A stretch of DNA of 64,000 bases from Heterodontus francisci (Eukaryota): positions 33,849,112 through 33,913,111 of the forward strand of contig NC_090390.1 in NCBI RefSeq assembly GCF_036365525.1. Reading direction: 5' to 3'. Of the stretch, positions 33,713-46,462 are shown piece after piece (position 1 is the first letter of the stretch; every line of letters starts with the position of its first letter). Below the pieces are notes generated by a model. The model was not told where the DNA came from, searched no databases, and was given only the letters and a program-made list of their open reading frames with translations. The position numbers and the translations under genes were made by a program.

Positions 33713-36700
33713 GTGGCTCCAGTCAGGGCAGTGGCTCCAGTTAGGGCAGTGGCTCCAGGTAGGGCAGTGGCTTCAGTCAGAGCAGTGACATCCATCAGGG
33801 CAGTGGCTCCAGTCAGGCCAGTGGCTCCAGTAAGGGCAATGGCTCCAGTCAGGCCAGTGGCTCCAGTCAGAGCAGTGACTCCCGTCAGGGCAGTGGCTCC
33901 AGTCAGGACTGTGGCTCCAGTCAGGCCAGTGGCTCCAGTCAGGACTGTGGCTCCAGTCAGGGCAGTGGCTCCAGTCAGGCAAGTGGATCCAGTTAGGGCC
34001 GAGGCTCCAGTCAGGCAAGTGGCTCCAGTCAGGGCAGTGGCTCCAGTCAGGCCTGTGGCTCCAGTCAGAGCAGTGACTCCCATCAGGGCAGTGGCTCCAG
34101 TAAGGGCAGTGGCTCCAGTCAGGCCAGTGGCTCCAGTCAGAGCAGTGACTCCCATCAGTGCAGTGGCTCCAGTCAGGCCAGTGGCTCCAGTTAGGGCAGT
34201 GGCTCCAGTCAGGGCAGTGACTCCAGTCAGGGCAGTGACTCCCATTAGGGCAGCGGCTCCAGTCAAGGCAGTGGCTCCAGTCAAGGCAGTGGCTCCAGTC
34301 AGGGAAGTGGCTCCAGTCAAAGCAGTGGCTCCCGTCAGGACTGTGGCTCCAGTCAGGGCAGTGGCTCCCGTGAAGGCAGTGGCTCCAGTCAAGGCTGTTG
34401 CTCCAGTCAAGCCTGTGGCTCCAGTCAGGGCAGTGGCTCCAGTCAAAGCAGTGGCTCCAGTCAGGGCAGTGGCTCCAGTCAGGCCTGTGGCTCCAGTCAG
34501 GGCAGTGGCTCCAGTCAAAGCAGTGGCTCCAGTCAGGGCAGTGGCTACAGTCAGGACTGTGGCTCCAGTCAGGGCAGTGGCTCCAGTCAAGGCAGTGGCT
34601 CCCGTCAGGACCGTGGCTCCAGTCAAGGCAGTTGGTCCAGTCAGGGCAGTGGCTCCCGTGAAGGCAGTGGCTCCAGTCAAGGCTGTTGCTACAGTCAGGA
34701 CTGTGGCTCCAGTCAGGGCAGTGGCTCCAGTCAAGGCAGTGGCTCCCGTCAGGACCGTGGCTCCAGTCAAGGCAGTTGGTCCAGTCAGGGCAGTGGCTCC
34801 CGTGAAGGCAGTGGCTCCAGTCAGGGCAGTGGCTCCAGTCAAGCCTGTGGCTCCAGTCAGGGCAGTGGCTCCAGTCAGGACTGTGGCTCCAGTCAGGGCA
34901 GTGGCTCCAGTCAGGCCTGTGGCTCCAGTCAAGGCAGTTGGTCCAGTCGGGGCAGTGGCTCCAGTCAGGGCAGTGGCTCCAGTCAGGCCTGTGGCTCCAG
35001 TCAAGGCAGTGGGTCCAGTCAGGGCAGTGACTCCAGTCAGGCCTGTGGCTCCAGTCAGGGCAGTGACTCCAGTCAGGCCTGTGGCTCCAGTCAGGGCAGT
35101 GACTCCAGTCAGGCCTGTGGCTCCAGTCAGGGCAGTGGCTCCCGTCAAGGCAGTGGCTCCAGTCAAGCCTGTGGCTCCAGTCAAGGCAGTGGCTCCAGTC
35201 AGGGCAGTGACTCCAGTCAGGCCTGTGGCTCCAGTCAGGGCAGTGGCTCCAGTCAGGGCAGTGGCTACAGTCAGGGCAGTGGGTCCAGTCAGGGCAGTGA
35301 CTCCCATCAGGCCTGTGGCTCCCATCAGAGCTGTGGCTCCAGTCAAGCCTGTGGCTCCAGTCAGGCCTATGGCTCCAGTCAGGGCAGTGGCTCCCGTCAG
35401 GCCTGTGACTCCAGTCAGGGCAGTGACTCCCATCAGGCCTGTGGCTCCAGTCAGGGCAGTGACTCCCGTCAGGCCTGTGGCTCCCATCAGGGCAGTGGCT
35501 CCAGTCAGGCCTGTGGCTCCAGTCAGGGCAGTGGCTCCAGTCAAGCCTGTGGCTCCAGTCAGGACCGTGGCTCCAGTCAGGCCTGTGGCTCCAGTCAGGG
35601 CAGTGACTCCAGTCAGGCCTGTGGCTCCAGTCAAGCCTGTGGCTCCAGTCAGGGCAGTGGGTCCAGTCAAGCCTCTGGCTCCAGTCAGGGCAGTGGCTCC
35701 AGTCAGGCCTGTGGCTCCAATCAAGCCTGTGGCTCCAGTCAGGGCAGTGGCTCCAGTCAGGCCTGTGGCTCCAGTCAGGGCAGTGGCTCCAGTCAAAGCA
35801 GTGGCTCCAGTCAGGGCAGTGGCTCCAGTCAGGACTGTGGCTCCAGTCAGGGCAGTGGCTCCAGTCAAGGCAGTGGCTCCCGTCAGGATCGTGGCTCCAG
35901 TCAAGGCAGTTGGTCCAGTCAGGGCAGTGGCTCCCGTGAAGGCAGTGGCTCCAGTCAAGGCTGTTGCTCCAGTCAGGACTGTGGCTCCAGTCAGGGCAGT
36001 GGCTCCAGTCAAGCCTGTGGCTCCAGTCAGGGCAGTGGCTCCAGTCAGGACTGTGGCTCCAGTCAGGGCAGTGGCTCCAGTCAGGCCTGTGGCTCCAGTC
36101 AAGGCAGTTGGTCCAGTCAGGGCAGTGGCTCCAGTCAGGGCAGTGGCTCCAGTCAGGCCTGTGGCTCCAGTCAAGGCAGTGGGTCCAGTCAGGGCAGTGA
36201 CTCCAGTCAGGCCTGTGGCTCCAGTCAGGGCAGTGACTCCAGTCAGGCCTATGGCTCCAGTCAGGGCAGTGACTCCAGTCAGGCCTGTGGCTCCAGTCAG
36301 GGCAGTGGCTCCCGTCAAGGCAGTGGCTCCAGTCAAGCCTGTGGCTCCAGTCAAGGCAGTGGCTCCAGTCAGGTCAGTGACTCCAGTCAGGCCTGTGGCT
36401 CCAGTCAGGGCAGTGGCTCCAGTCAGGGCAGTGGCTCCAGTCAGGGCAGTGACTCCAGTCAGGGCAGTGGCTCCAGTCAGGGCAGTGACTCCCGTCAGGC
36501 CTGTGGCTCCCATCAGGGCAGTGGCTCCAGTCAGGCCTGTGGCTCCAGTCAGGGCAGTGGCTCCAGTCAAGCCTGTGGCTCCAGTCAGGACCGTGGCTCC
36601 AGTCAGGCCTGTGGCTCCAGTCAGGGCAGTGGCTCCAGTCAGGCCTGTGGCTCCAGTCAAGCCTGTGGCTCCAGTCAGGGCAGTGGGTCCAGTCAAGCCT

Positions 36701-39700
36701 GTGGCTCCAGTCAGGGCAGTGGCTCCAGTCAGGCCTGTGGCTCCAGTCAGGACCGTGGCTCCAGTCATGCCTGTGGCTCCAGTCAGGCCTGTGGCTCCAG
36801 TCAAGCCTGTGGCTCCAGTCAGGGCAGTGGCTCCAGTCAGGCCTGTGGCTCCAATCAAGCCTGTGACTCCAGTCAGGGCAGTGGCTCCAGTCAGGCCTGT
36901 GACTCCAGTCAGGGCAGTGGCTCCAGTCAGGGCAGTGGCTCCAGTCAGGTCAGTGACTCCAGTCAGGCCTGTGGCTCCAGTCAGGGCAGTGGCTCCAGTC
37001 AGGGCAGTGGCTCCAGTCAGGGCAGTGACTCCAGTCAGGGCAGTGGCTCCAGTCAGGGCAGTGACTCCCGTCAGGCCTGTGGCTCCCATCAGGGCAGTGG
37101 CTCCAGTCAGGCCTGTGGCTCCAGTCAGGGCAGTGGCTCCAGTCAAGCCTGTGGCTCCAGTCAGGACCGTGGCTCCAGTCAGGCCTGTGGCTCCAGTCAG
37201 GGCAGTGGCTCCAGTCAGGCCTGTGGCTCCAGTCAAGCCTGTGGCTCCAGTCAGGGCAGTGGGTCCAGTCAAGCCTGTGGCTCCAGTCAGGGCAGTGGCT
37301 CCAGTCAGGCCTGTGGCTCCAGTCAGGACCGTGGCTCCAGTCATGCCTGTGGCTCCAGTCAGGCCTGTGGCTCCAGTCAAGCCTGTGGCTCCAGTCAGGG
37401 CAGTGGCTCCAGTCAGGCCTGTGGCTCCAATCAAGCCTGTGACTCCAGTCAGGGCAGTGGCTCCAGTCAGGCCTGTGACTCCAGTCAGGGCAGTGGCTCC
37501 AGTCAGGGCAGTGGCTCCTGTCAGGACGGTGGCTCCAGTCAAGCCTGTGGATCTAGTCAGGGCACTGGGTCCAGTCAAGCCTGTGGCTCCAGTCAGGGCA
37601 GTGGCTCCAGTCAGGCCTGTGGCTCCAGTCATGGCAGTGGCTCCAGTCAGGCCTGTGGCTCCAGTCAGTGCAGTGGCTCCAGACAGGACGGTGGCTCCAG
37701 TCAAGCCTGTGGCTCCAGTCAGGCCAGTGGCTCCAGTCAAGCCTGTGGATCCAGTCAGGGCAGTGGCTACAGTCAGGGCAGTGGGTCCAGTCAGGGCAGT
37801 GACTCCCATCAGGCCTGTGGCTCCCATCAGGGCTGTGGCTCCAGTCAAGCCTGTGGCTCCAGTCAGGCCTATGGCTCCAGTCAGGGCAGTGGCTCCCGTC
37901 AGGCCTGTGGCTCCAGTCAAGGCAGTGGGTCCAGTCAGGGCAGTGGCTCCATTCAGGCCTGTGACTCCAGTCAGGGCAGTGACTCCCATCAGGCCTGTGG
38001 CTCCAGTCAGGGCAGTGACTCCCGTCAGGCCTGTGGCTCCCATCAGGGCAGTGGCTCCAGTCAGGCCTGTGGCTCCAGTCAGGGCAGTGGCTCCCGTGAA
38101 GGCAGTGGCTCCAGTCAAGGCTGTTGCTCCAGTCAGGACTGTGGCTCCAGTCAGGGCAGTGGCTCCAGTCAAGCCTGTGGCTCCAGTCAGGGCAGTGGCT
38201 CCAGTCAGGACTGTGGCTCCAGTCAGGCAGTTGGTCCAGTCAGGGCAGTGGCTCCAGTCAGGGCAGTGGCTCCAGTCAGGCCTGTGGCTCCAGTCAGGGC
38301 AGTGGGTCCAGTCAGGGCAGTGACTCCAGTCAGGCCTGTGGCTCCAGTCAGGGCAGTGACTCCAGTCAGGCCTATGGCTCCAGTCAGGGCAGTGACTCCA
38401 GTCAGGCCTGTGGCTCCAGTCAGGGCAGTGGCTCCCGTCAAGGCAGTGGCTCCAGTCAAGCCTGTGGCTCCAGTCAAGGCAGTGGCTCCAGTCAGGTCAG
38501 TGACTCCAGTCAGGCCTGTGGCTCCAGTCAGGGCAGTGGCTCCAGTCAGGGCAGTGACTCCAGTCAGGGCAGTGGCTCCAGTCAGGGCAGTGACTCCCGT
38601 CAGGCCTGTGGCTCCCATCAGGGCAGTGGCTCCAGTCAGGCCTGTGGCTCCAGTCAGGGCAGTGGCTCCAGTCAAGCCTGTGGCTCCAGTCAGGACCGTG
38701 GCTCCAGTCAGGCCTGTGGCTCCAGTCAGGGCAGTGGCTCCAGTCAGGCCTGTGGCTCCAGTCAAGCCTGTGGCTCCAGTCAGGGCAGTGGGTCCAGTCA
38801 AGCCTGTGGCTCCAGTCAGGGCAGTGGCTCCAGTCAGGCCTGTGGCTCCAGTCAGGACCGTGGCTCCAGTCATGCCTGTGGCTCCAGTCAGGCCTGTGGC
38901 TCCAGTCAAGCCTGTGGCTCCAGTCAGGGCAGTGGCTCCAGTCAGGCCTGTGGCTCCAATCAAGCCTGTGACTCCAGTCAGGGCAGTGGCTCCAGCCAGG
39001 CCTGTGACTCCAGTCAGGGCAGTGGCTCCAGTCAGGGCAGTGGCTCCTGTCAGGACGGTGGCTCCAGTCAAGCCTGTGGATCCAGTCAGGGCACTGGGTC
39101 CAGTCAAGCCTGTGGCTCCAGTCAGGGCAGTGGCTCCAGTCAGGCCTGTGGCTCCAGTCAGGGCAGTGGCTCCAGTCAGGCCTGTGGCTCCAGTCAGTGC
39201 AGTGGCTCCAGACAGGACGGTGGCTCCAGTCAAGCCTGTGGCTCCAGTCAGGCCAGTGGCTCCAGTCAAGCCTGTGGATCCAGTCAGGGCAGTGGCTACA
39301 GTCAGGGCAGTGGGTCCAGTCAGGGCAGTGACTCCCATCAGGCCTGTGGCTCCCATCAGGGCTGTGGCTCCAGTCAAGCCTGTGGCTCCAGTCAGGCCTA
39401 TGGCTCCAGTCAGGGCAGTGGCTCCCGTCAGGCCTGTGGCTCCAGTCAAGGCAGTGGGTCCAGTCAGGGCAGTGGCTCCAGTCAGGGCAGTGACTCCAGT
39501 CAGGGCAGTGACTCCCATCAGGCCTGTGGCTCCAGTCAGGGCAGTGACTCCCGTCAGGCCTGTGGCTCCCATCAGGGCAGTGGCTCCAGTCAGGCCTGTG
39601 GCTCCAGTCAGGGCAGTGGCTCCAGTCAAGCCTGTGGCTCCAGTCAGGACCGTGGCTCCAGTCAGGCCTGTGGCTCCAGTCAGGGCAGTGACTCCAGTCA

Positions 39701-42700
39701 GGCCTGTGGCTCCAGTCAAGCCTGTGGCTACAGTCAGGGCAGTGGGTCCAGTCAAGCCTCTGGCTCCAGTCAGGGCAGTGGCTCCAGTCAGGCCTGTGGC
39801 TCCAATCAAGCCTGTGGCTCCAGTCAGGGCAGTGGCTCCAGTCAGGCCTGTGGCTCCAGTCAGGGCAGTGGCTCCAGTCAGGCCTGTGGCTCCAGTCAGG
39901 GCGGTGGCTCCTGTCAGGACGGTGGCTCCAGTCAAGCCTGTGGCTCCAGTCAGGGCAGTGGCTCCAGTCAAGCCTGTGGCTCCAGTCAGGGCAGTGGGTC
40001 CAGTCAAGGCAGTGGCTCCAGTAAGGGCAGTGGCTCCAGTCAGGGCAGTGACTCCCGTCAGGCCTGTGGCTCCAGTCAGGTCAGTGGCTCCAGTCAGGTC
40101 AGTGGCTCCAGTCAAGGCAGTGGCTCCAGTCAAGCCTGTGGCTCCTGTCAGGGCAGTGGCTCCAGTCAGGTCAGTGGCTCCAGTCAGGGTAGTGGCTCCA
40201 GTCAAGGCAGTGGCTCCAGTCAGGTCAGTGGCTCCAGTCAAGGCAGTGGCTCCAGTCAGGACTGTGGCTCCAGTCAAGGCAGTGGCTCCAGTCAGGGCAG
40301 TGGCTCCAGTCAGGACTGTGGCTCCAGTCAGGACTGTGGCTCCAGTCAAGGCAGTGGCTCCAGTCAGGGAAGTGACTCCAGTCAGTGCAGTGACTCCAGT
40401 CAGGACTGTGGCTCCAGTCAAGGCAGTGGCTCCAGTCAAGGCAGTGGCTCCAGTCAGGGAAGTGACTCCAGTCAAGGCAGTGGCTCCAGTCAGGGCAGTG
40501 GCTCCAGTCACGCCCGTGGCTCCAGTCAGGGCAGTGGCTCCAGTCAGGCCTGTGGCTTCAGTCAGGGCAGTGGCTCCAGTCAGGCCTGTGACTCCAGTCA
40601 GGGCAGTGGCTCCAGTCAGGCCTGTGGCTTCAGTCAGGGCAGTGACTCCCGTCAGGGCAGTGGCTCGCGTCAGGCCTGTGGCTCCCATCAGGGCAGTGGC
40701 TCCCATCAGGCCAGTGGCTCCAGTCAGGGCAGTGGCTCCTTTCAGGGCAATGGCTCCAGTCAGAGCAGTGGCTCCAGTCAAGGTAGTGGCTCCAGTCAGG
40801 GCAGTGGCTCCAGTCAAGGCAGTGGCTCCAGTCAGGGCAGTGGCTCGCGTCAGGCCTGTGGCTCCCATCAGGGCAGTGGCTCCCATCACGCCCGTGGCTC
40901 CAGTCAGGGCAGTGGCTCCAGTCAAGCCTGTGGCTCCAGTCAGGCCTGTGGCTCCAGTCAGGGCAGTGACTCCCGTCAGGCCTGTGGCTCCAGTCAGGGC
41001 AGTGACTCCCGTCAGGCCTGTGGCTCCCATCAGGGCAGTGGCTCCAGTCAGGCCTGTGGCTGCAGTCAGGGCAGTGGCTCCAGTCAGGCCTGTGGCTCCA
41101 GTCAGGCCTGTGGCTCCAGTCAGGGCAGTGGCTCCCGTCAGACCTGTGGCTCCCATCAGGGCAGTGGCTCCAGTCAAGCCTGTGGCTCCAGTCAGGATTG
41201 TGGCTCCAGTCAGGATTGTGGCTCCAGTCAAGCCTGTGGCTCCAGTCAGGGCAGTGGCTCCAGTCAGGCCAGTGCCTCCAGTCAAGCCTGTGGATCCAGT
41301 CAGGGCAGTGGCTCCAGTCAAGGCAGTGGCTCCAGTCAGGGCATTGGCTCCGGTCAGGGCAGTGACTCCCGTCAGGCCTGTGGTTCCAGTCAGGTCAGTG
41401 GCTTCAGTCATGGCAGTGACTCCCGTCAGAGCAGTGGCTCCCGTCAGAGCAGTGGCTCCCATCAGGGCAGTGGCTCCAGTCAGGCCTGTGGCTCCAGTGA
41501 GCCTGCGGCTCCAGTCAGGCATGTGGCTCCAGTCAGGGCCGTGTCTCTAGTCAGGCCTGTGGCTCCAGTCAGAGCAGTGACTCCCATCAGAGCAGTGGCT
41601 CCCGTCAGGCCTGTCGCTCCCATCAGGGCAGTCGCTCCAGTCAGTACAGTGGCTCCAGTCAGGCCTGTGGCTCCAGTCAGGGCAGTGGCTCCAGTCAGGC
41701 CTGTGGCTCCAGTGAGGGCAGTGGCTCCTGTCAGGCCTGTGGCTCCCGTCAAGCCTGTGGCCCCAGTCAGGGCAGTGGGTCCAGTCAGGGCAGTGGCTCC
41801 AGTCAGGCCTGTGGCTCCAGTCAGGGCAGTGGCTCCAGTCAGGGCAGTGGCTCCAGTCAGGCCAGTGCCTCCAGTCAAGCCTGTGGATCCAGTCAGGGCA
41901 GTGGCTCCAGTCAAGGCAGTGGCTCCAGTCAGGGCATTGGCTCCAGTCAGGGCAGTGACTCCCGTCAGGCCTGTGGTTCCAGTCAGGTCAGTGGCTTCAG
42001 TCATGGCAGTGACTCCCGTCAGAGCAGTGGCTCCCGTCAGAGCAGTGGCTCCCATCAGGGCAGTGGCTCCAGTCAGGCCTGTGGCTCCAGTCAGGCATGC
42101 GGCTCCAGTCAGGGCAGTGGCTCCAGTCAGGCCTGTGGCTCCAGTGAGCCTGCGGCTCCAGTCAGGCATGTGGCTCCAGTCAGGGCCGTGTCTCTAGTCA
42201 GGCCTGTGGCTCCAGTCAGAGCAGTGACTCCCATCAGAGCAGTGGCTCCCGTCAGGCCTGTCGCTCCCATCAGGGCAGTCGCTCCAGTCAGTACAGTGGC
42301 TCCAGTCAGGCCTGTGGCTCCAGTCAGGGCAGTGGCTCCAGTCAGGCCTGTGGCTCCAGTGAGGGCAGTGGCTCCTGTCAGGCCTGTGGCTCCCGTCAAG
42401 CCTGTGGCCCCAGTCAGGGCAGTGGGTCCAGTCAGGGCAGTGGCTCCAGTCAGGCCTGTGGCTCCAGTCAGGGCAGTGGCTCCAGTCAGGGCAGTGGCTC
42501 CAGTCAGGCCTGTGGCTCCAGTCAGGGCAGTGACTCCAGTCAGGCCAGTGGCTCCAGTCAGGGCAGTGGCTCCAGTCAGGGCAGTGGCTCCAGTCAGGCC
42601 AGTGGCTCCAGTCAGGGCAATGTCTCCAGTCAGCGTAATGACTCCAGTCAGGGTAATGGCTCCTTTCATGGCAATGGCTCCAGTCAGGGTAATGGCTCCA

Positions 42701-45700
42701 GTCAGAGTAATGGCTCCAGTCAGGTTAATGGCTCCTTTCAGGGCAATGGCTCCAGTCAGGGTAATGGCTCCAGTCAGAGTAATGGCTCCAGTCAGGTTAA
42801 TGGCTCCTTTCAGAGTAATGGCTCCAGTCAGAGTAATGGCTCCAGTCAGGTTAATGGCTCCTTTCAGAGTAATGGCTCCAGTCAGAGTAATGGCTCCAGT
42901 CAGGTTAATGGCTCCTGTCAGGGCAATGGCTCCAGTCAGAGTAATGGCTCCAGTCAGGTTAATGGCTCCTGTCAGAGTAATGGCTCCAGTCAGAGTAATG
43001 GCTCCAGTCAGGTTAATGGCTCCTTTCAGAGTAATGGCTCCAGTCAGAGTAATGGCTCCAGTCAGGGTAATGGCTCCTTTCAGGACAATGGCTCCAGTCA
43101 GGTTAATGGCTCCTGTCAGAGTAATGGCTCCAGTCAGAGTAATGGCTCCAGTCAGGGCAATGGCTCCAGTCAGAGTAATGGCTCCAGTCAGGGCAATGGC
43201 TCCAGTCAGAGTAATGGCTCCAGTCAGGTTAATGGCTCCAGTCAGAGTAATGGCTCCAGTCAGAGTAATGGCTCCAGTCAGCATAATAGCTCCAGTCAGA
43301 GTAATGGCTCCAGTCAGGGTAATGGCTCCTTTCAGGGCAATGGCTCCATTCAGAGTAATGCCTCCAGTCAGGGTAATGGCTCCATTCAGAGTAATGGCTC
43401 CAGTCAGAGTAATGGCTCCAGTCAGGGTAATGGCTCCAGTCAGAGTAATGGCTCCAGTCAGGGTAATGGCTCCAGTCAGGGTAATGGCTCCTTTCAGGGC
43501 AATGGTTCCATTCAGAGTAATGGCTCCAGTCAGGGTAATGGCTCCAGTCAGAGTAATGGCTCCTTTCAGAGTAATGGCGCCTTTCAGAGTAATGGCTCCA
43601 GTCAGATTAATGGCGCCAGTCAGAGTAATGGCTCCTTTCTGGGTCATGGCTCCAGTCAGAGTAATGGCTCCAGTCAGAGCAATGGCTCCAGTCAGGGCAA
43701 TGGCTCCAGTCAGGGCAATGGCTCCAGTCAGGGTAATGGCTCCAGTCAGAGTAATGGCTCCAGTCAGGGGAATGGCTCCAGTCAGGGTAATGGCTCCAGT
43801 CAGAGTGTTGGCTCCAGTCAGAGTAATGGCTCCAGTCAGGGGAATGGCTCCAGTCAGGGTAATGGCTCCAGTCAGAGCAATGGCTCCAGTCAGGGCAATG
43901 GCTCCAGTCAGGGTAATGGCTCCAGTCAGAGTGTTGGCTCCAGTCAGGGGAATGGCTCCAGTCAGGGTAATGGCTCCAGTCAGAGCAATGGCTCCAGTCA
44001 GGGTCATGGCTCCAGTCAGAGTGTTGGCTCCAGTCAGGGTAATGGCTCCAGTCAGAGCAATGGCTCCAGTCAGGGCAATGGCTCCAGTCAGGGTAATGGC
44101 TCCAGTCAGAGTGTTGGCTCCAGTCAGGGGAATGGCTCCAGTCAGGGTAATGGCTCCAGTCAGGGCAATGGCTCCAGTCAGGGTAATGGCTCCAGTCAGA
44201 GTGTTGGCTCCAGTCAGAGCAATGGCTCCAGTCAGGGCAATGGCTCCAGTCAGGGTCATGGCTCCAGTCAGAGTGTTGGCTCCAGTCAGGGCAATGGCTC
44301 CAGTCAGGGGAATGGCTCCAGTCAGGGGAATGGCTCCAGTCAGGGGAATGGCTCCAGTCAGAGCAATGGCTCCAGTCAGGGCAATGGCTCCAGTCAGGGT
44401 AATGGCTCCAGTCAGGGCAATGGCTCCAGTCAGGGTAATGGCTCCAGTCAGGGTAATGGCTCCAGTCAGAGTAATGGCTCCAGTCAGATTAATGGCTCCA
44501 GTCAGGGCAATGGCTCCCGTCAGGGTAATGGCTCCAGTCAGATTAATGGCTCCAGTCAGAGTAATGGCTCCAGTCAGAGTAATGGCTCCAGTCAGATTAA
44601 TGGCTCCAGTCAGGGCAATGGCTCCAGTCAGGGTAATGGCTCCAGTCAGGGCAATGGCTCCCGTCAGGGTAATGGCTCCAGTCAGATTAATGGCTCCAGT
44701 CAGGGCAATGGCTCCAGTCAGAGTAATGGCTCCAGTCAGAGTAATGGCTCCAGTCAAGGTATTGGCTCCAGTCAGGGGAATGGCTCCAGTCAGGGTAATG
44801 GCTCCAGTCAGGGCAATGGCTCCCATCAGGGCAATGGCTCCAGTCAGGGGAATGGCTCCAGTCAGGGGAATGGCTCCAGTCAGAGCAATGGCTCCAGTCA
44901 GGGCAATGGCTCCAGTCAGGGTAATGGCTCCAGTCAGAGTGTTGGCTCCAGTCAGGGCAATGGCTCCAGTCAGGGTAATGGCTCCAGTCAGATTAATGGC
45001 TCCAGTCAGAGTAATGGCTCCAGTCAAGGTAATGGCTCCAGTCAGGGTAATGGCTCCAGTCAGGGTAATGGCTCCAGTCAGATTAATGGCTCCAGTCAGA
45101 GTAATGGCTCCAGTCAAGGTATTGGCTCCAGTCAGGGTAATGGCTCCAGTCAGGGTAATGGCTCCAGTCAGATTAATGGCTCCAGTCAGGGCAATGGCTC
45201 CCATCAGGGTAATGGCTCCAGTCAGAGCAATGGCTCCAGTCAGGGCAATGGCTCCAGTCAGGGTAATGGCTCCAGTCAGAGTGTTGGCTCCAGTCAGGGC
45301 AATGGCTCCAGTCAGGGTAATGGCTCCAGTCAGGGGAATGGCTCCAGTCAGGGTAATGGCTCCAGTCAGAGTAATGGCTCCAGTCAGGGCAATGGCTCCA
45401 GTCAGGGCAATGGCTCCAGTCAGGGTAATGGCTCCAGTCAGAGTGTTGGCTCCAGTCAGGGCAATGGCTCCAGTCAGGGTAATGGCTCCAGTCAGGGGAA
45501 TGGCTCCAGTCAGGGTAATGGCTCCAGTCAGAGTAATGGCTCCAGTCAGATTAATGGCTCCAGTCAGAGTAATGGCTCCAGTCAAGGTATTGGCTCCAGT
45601 CAGGGGAATGGCTCCAGTCAGGGTAATGGCTCCAGTCAGAGTAATGGCTCCAGTCAGATTAATGGCTCCAGTCAGGGCAATGGCTCCCATCAGGGTAATG

Positions 45701-46272
45701 GCTCCAGTCAGGGCAATGGCTCCAGTCAGATTAATGGCTCCAGTCAGGGCAATGGCTCCCGTCAGGGTAATGGCTCCAGTCAGAGTAATGGCTCCAGTCA
45801 GAGTAATGGCTCCAGTCAGGGTATTGGCTCCAGTCAGGGTAATGGCTCCAGTCAGAGTAATGGCTCCAGTCAGATTAATGGCTCCAGTCAGGGCAATGGC
45901 TCCCGTCAGGGTAATGGCTCCAGTCAGAGTAATGGCTCCAGTCAGAGTAATGGCTCCAGTCAAGGTATTGGCTCCAGTCAGGGGAATGGCTCCAGTCAGG
46001 GTAATGGCTCCAGTCAGGGTAATGGCTCCAGTCAGAGTAATGGCTCCAGTCAGAGTAATGGCTCCAGTCAAGGTATTGGCTCCCATCAGGGTAATGGCTC
46101 CAGTCAGGGTAATGGCTCCAGTCAGAGTAATGGCTCCAGTCAGATTAATGGCTCCAGTCAGGGTAATGGCTCCCATCAGGGTAATGGCTCCAGTCAGAGT
46201 AATGGCTCCAGTCAAGGTATTGACTCCAGTCAGAGTAATGGCTCCTTTCGGGGCAATGACTCCAGTCAGGGG
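33713..46272. repeat. 18-bp minisatellite, ~12.6 kb (~700 units), consensus GTGGCTCCAGTCAGGGCA (left domain) / ATGGCTCCAGTCAGGGTA (right domain)
   Basis: Directly visible tandem array with variant units and higher-order duplications. Confidence 0.99.
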
Positions 46273-46299
46273 CACCAGATATCTTCCGAGCGCTGCAAG

Positions 46300-46361
46300 C
46301 CCTTTAAATATGGTGCCAACAGCTCCAGCAGCGACACCTGAAAGTTAATTGGCTAGCCAAT
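46300..46361 (-). promoter_or_regulatory. Putative promoter of the Harbinger accessory gene (TATA-like box plus double CCAAT)
   Basis: Minus-strand GGCACCATATTTAAAGG (TATTTAAA at 46303-46310) and palindromic ATTGGCTAGCCAAT at 46348-46361. A similar GGCACCATTTTTAAAG occurs in the MITE at 9581. Confidence 0.45.
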
Positions 46362-46462
46362 GCAAGATTGCGTTCCATTGGGGGATCAATTTGCACGCAG
46401 TAGCAGCACCCGCTTCTGGTCCCAGTGGTGGAACCTTGGGCCTACCCATAAAATTTCAGCCC

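Larger units (their letters stand above)
30156..46462. mobile_element. Decayed autonomous-type Harbinger transposon, ~16.3 kb including the minisatellite
   Basis: Degenerate TIRs (AGGCTGGGGTTTT / AAAATTTCAGCCC) and convergent transposase and accessory genes. The flanks are two consecutive halves of one LINE. The TSD is not cleanly preserved. Confidence 0.7.

Noticed and set aside
33713-46272. CRISPR-like array (constant GGCTCCAGTCA plus a variable part)
   Set aside because: The variable part is only ~7 nt drawn from a few recurring variants. There are no unique spacers and no cas genes, and the context is vertebrate.
33658-46348. 1100-1540-aa ORFs annotated as genuine protein-coding genes (antifreeze, collagen-like or mucin-like)
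   Set aside because: They are open on both strands because the unit is 18 bp without stops. They are broken by three 17-bp units and have no signal peptide or unique domain. Kept only as a hypothesis in the findings.
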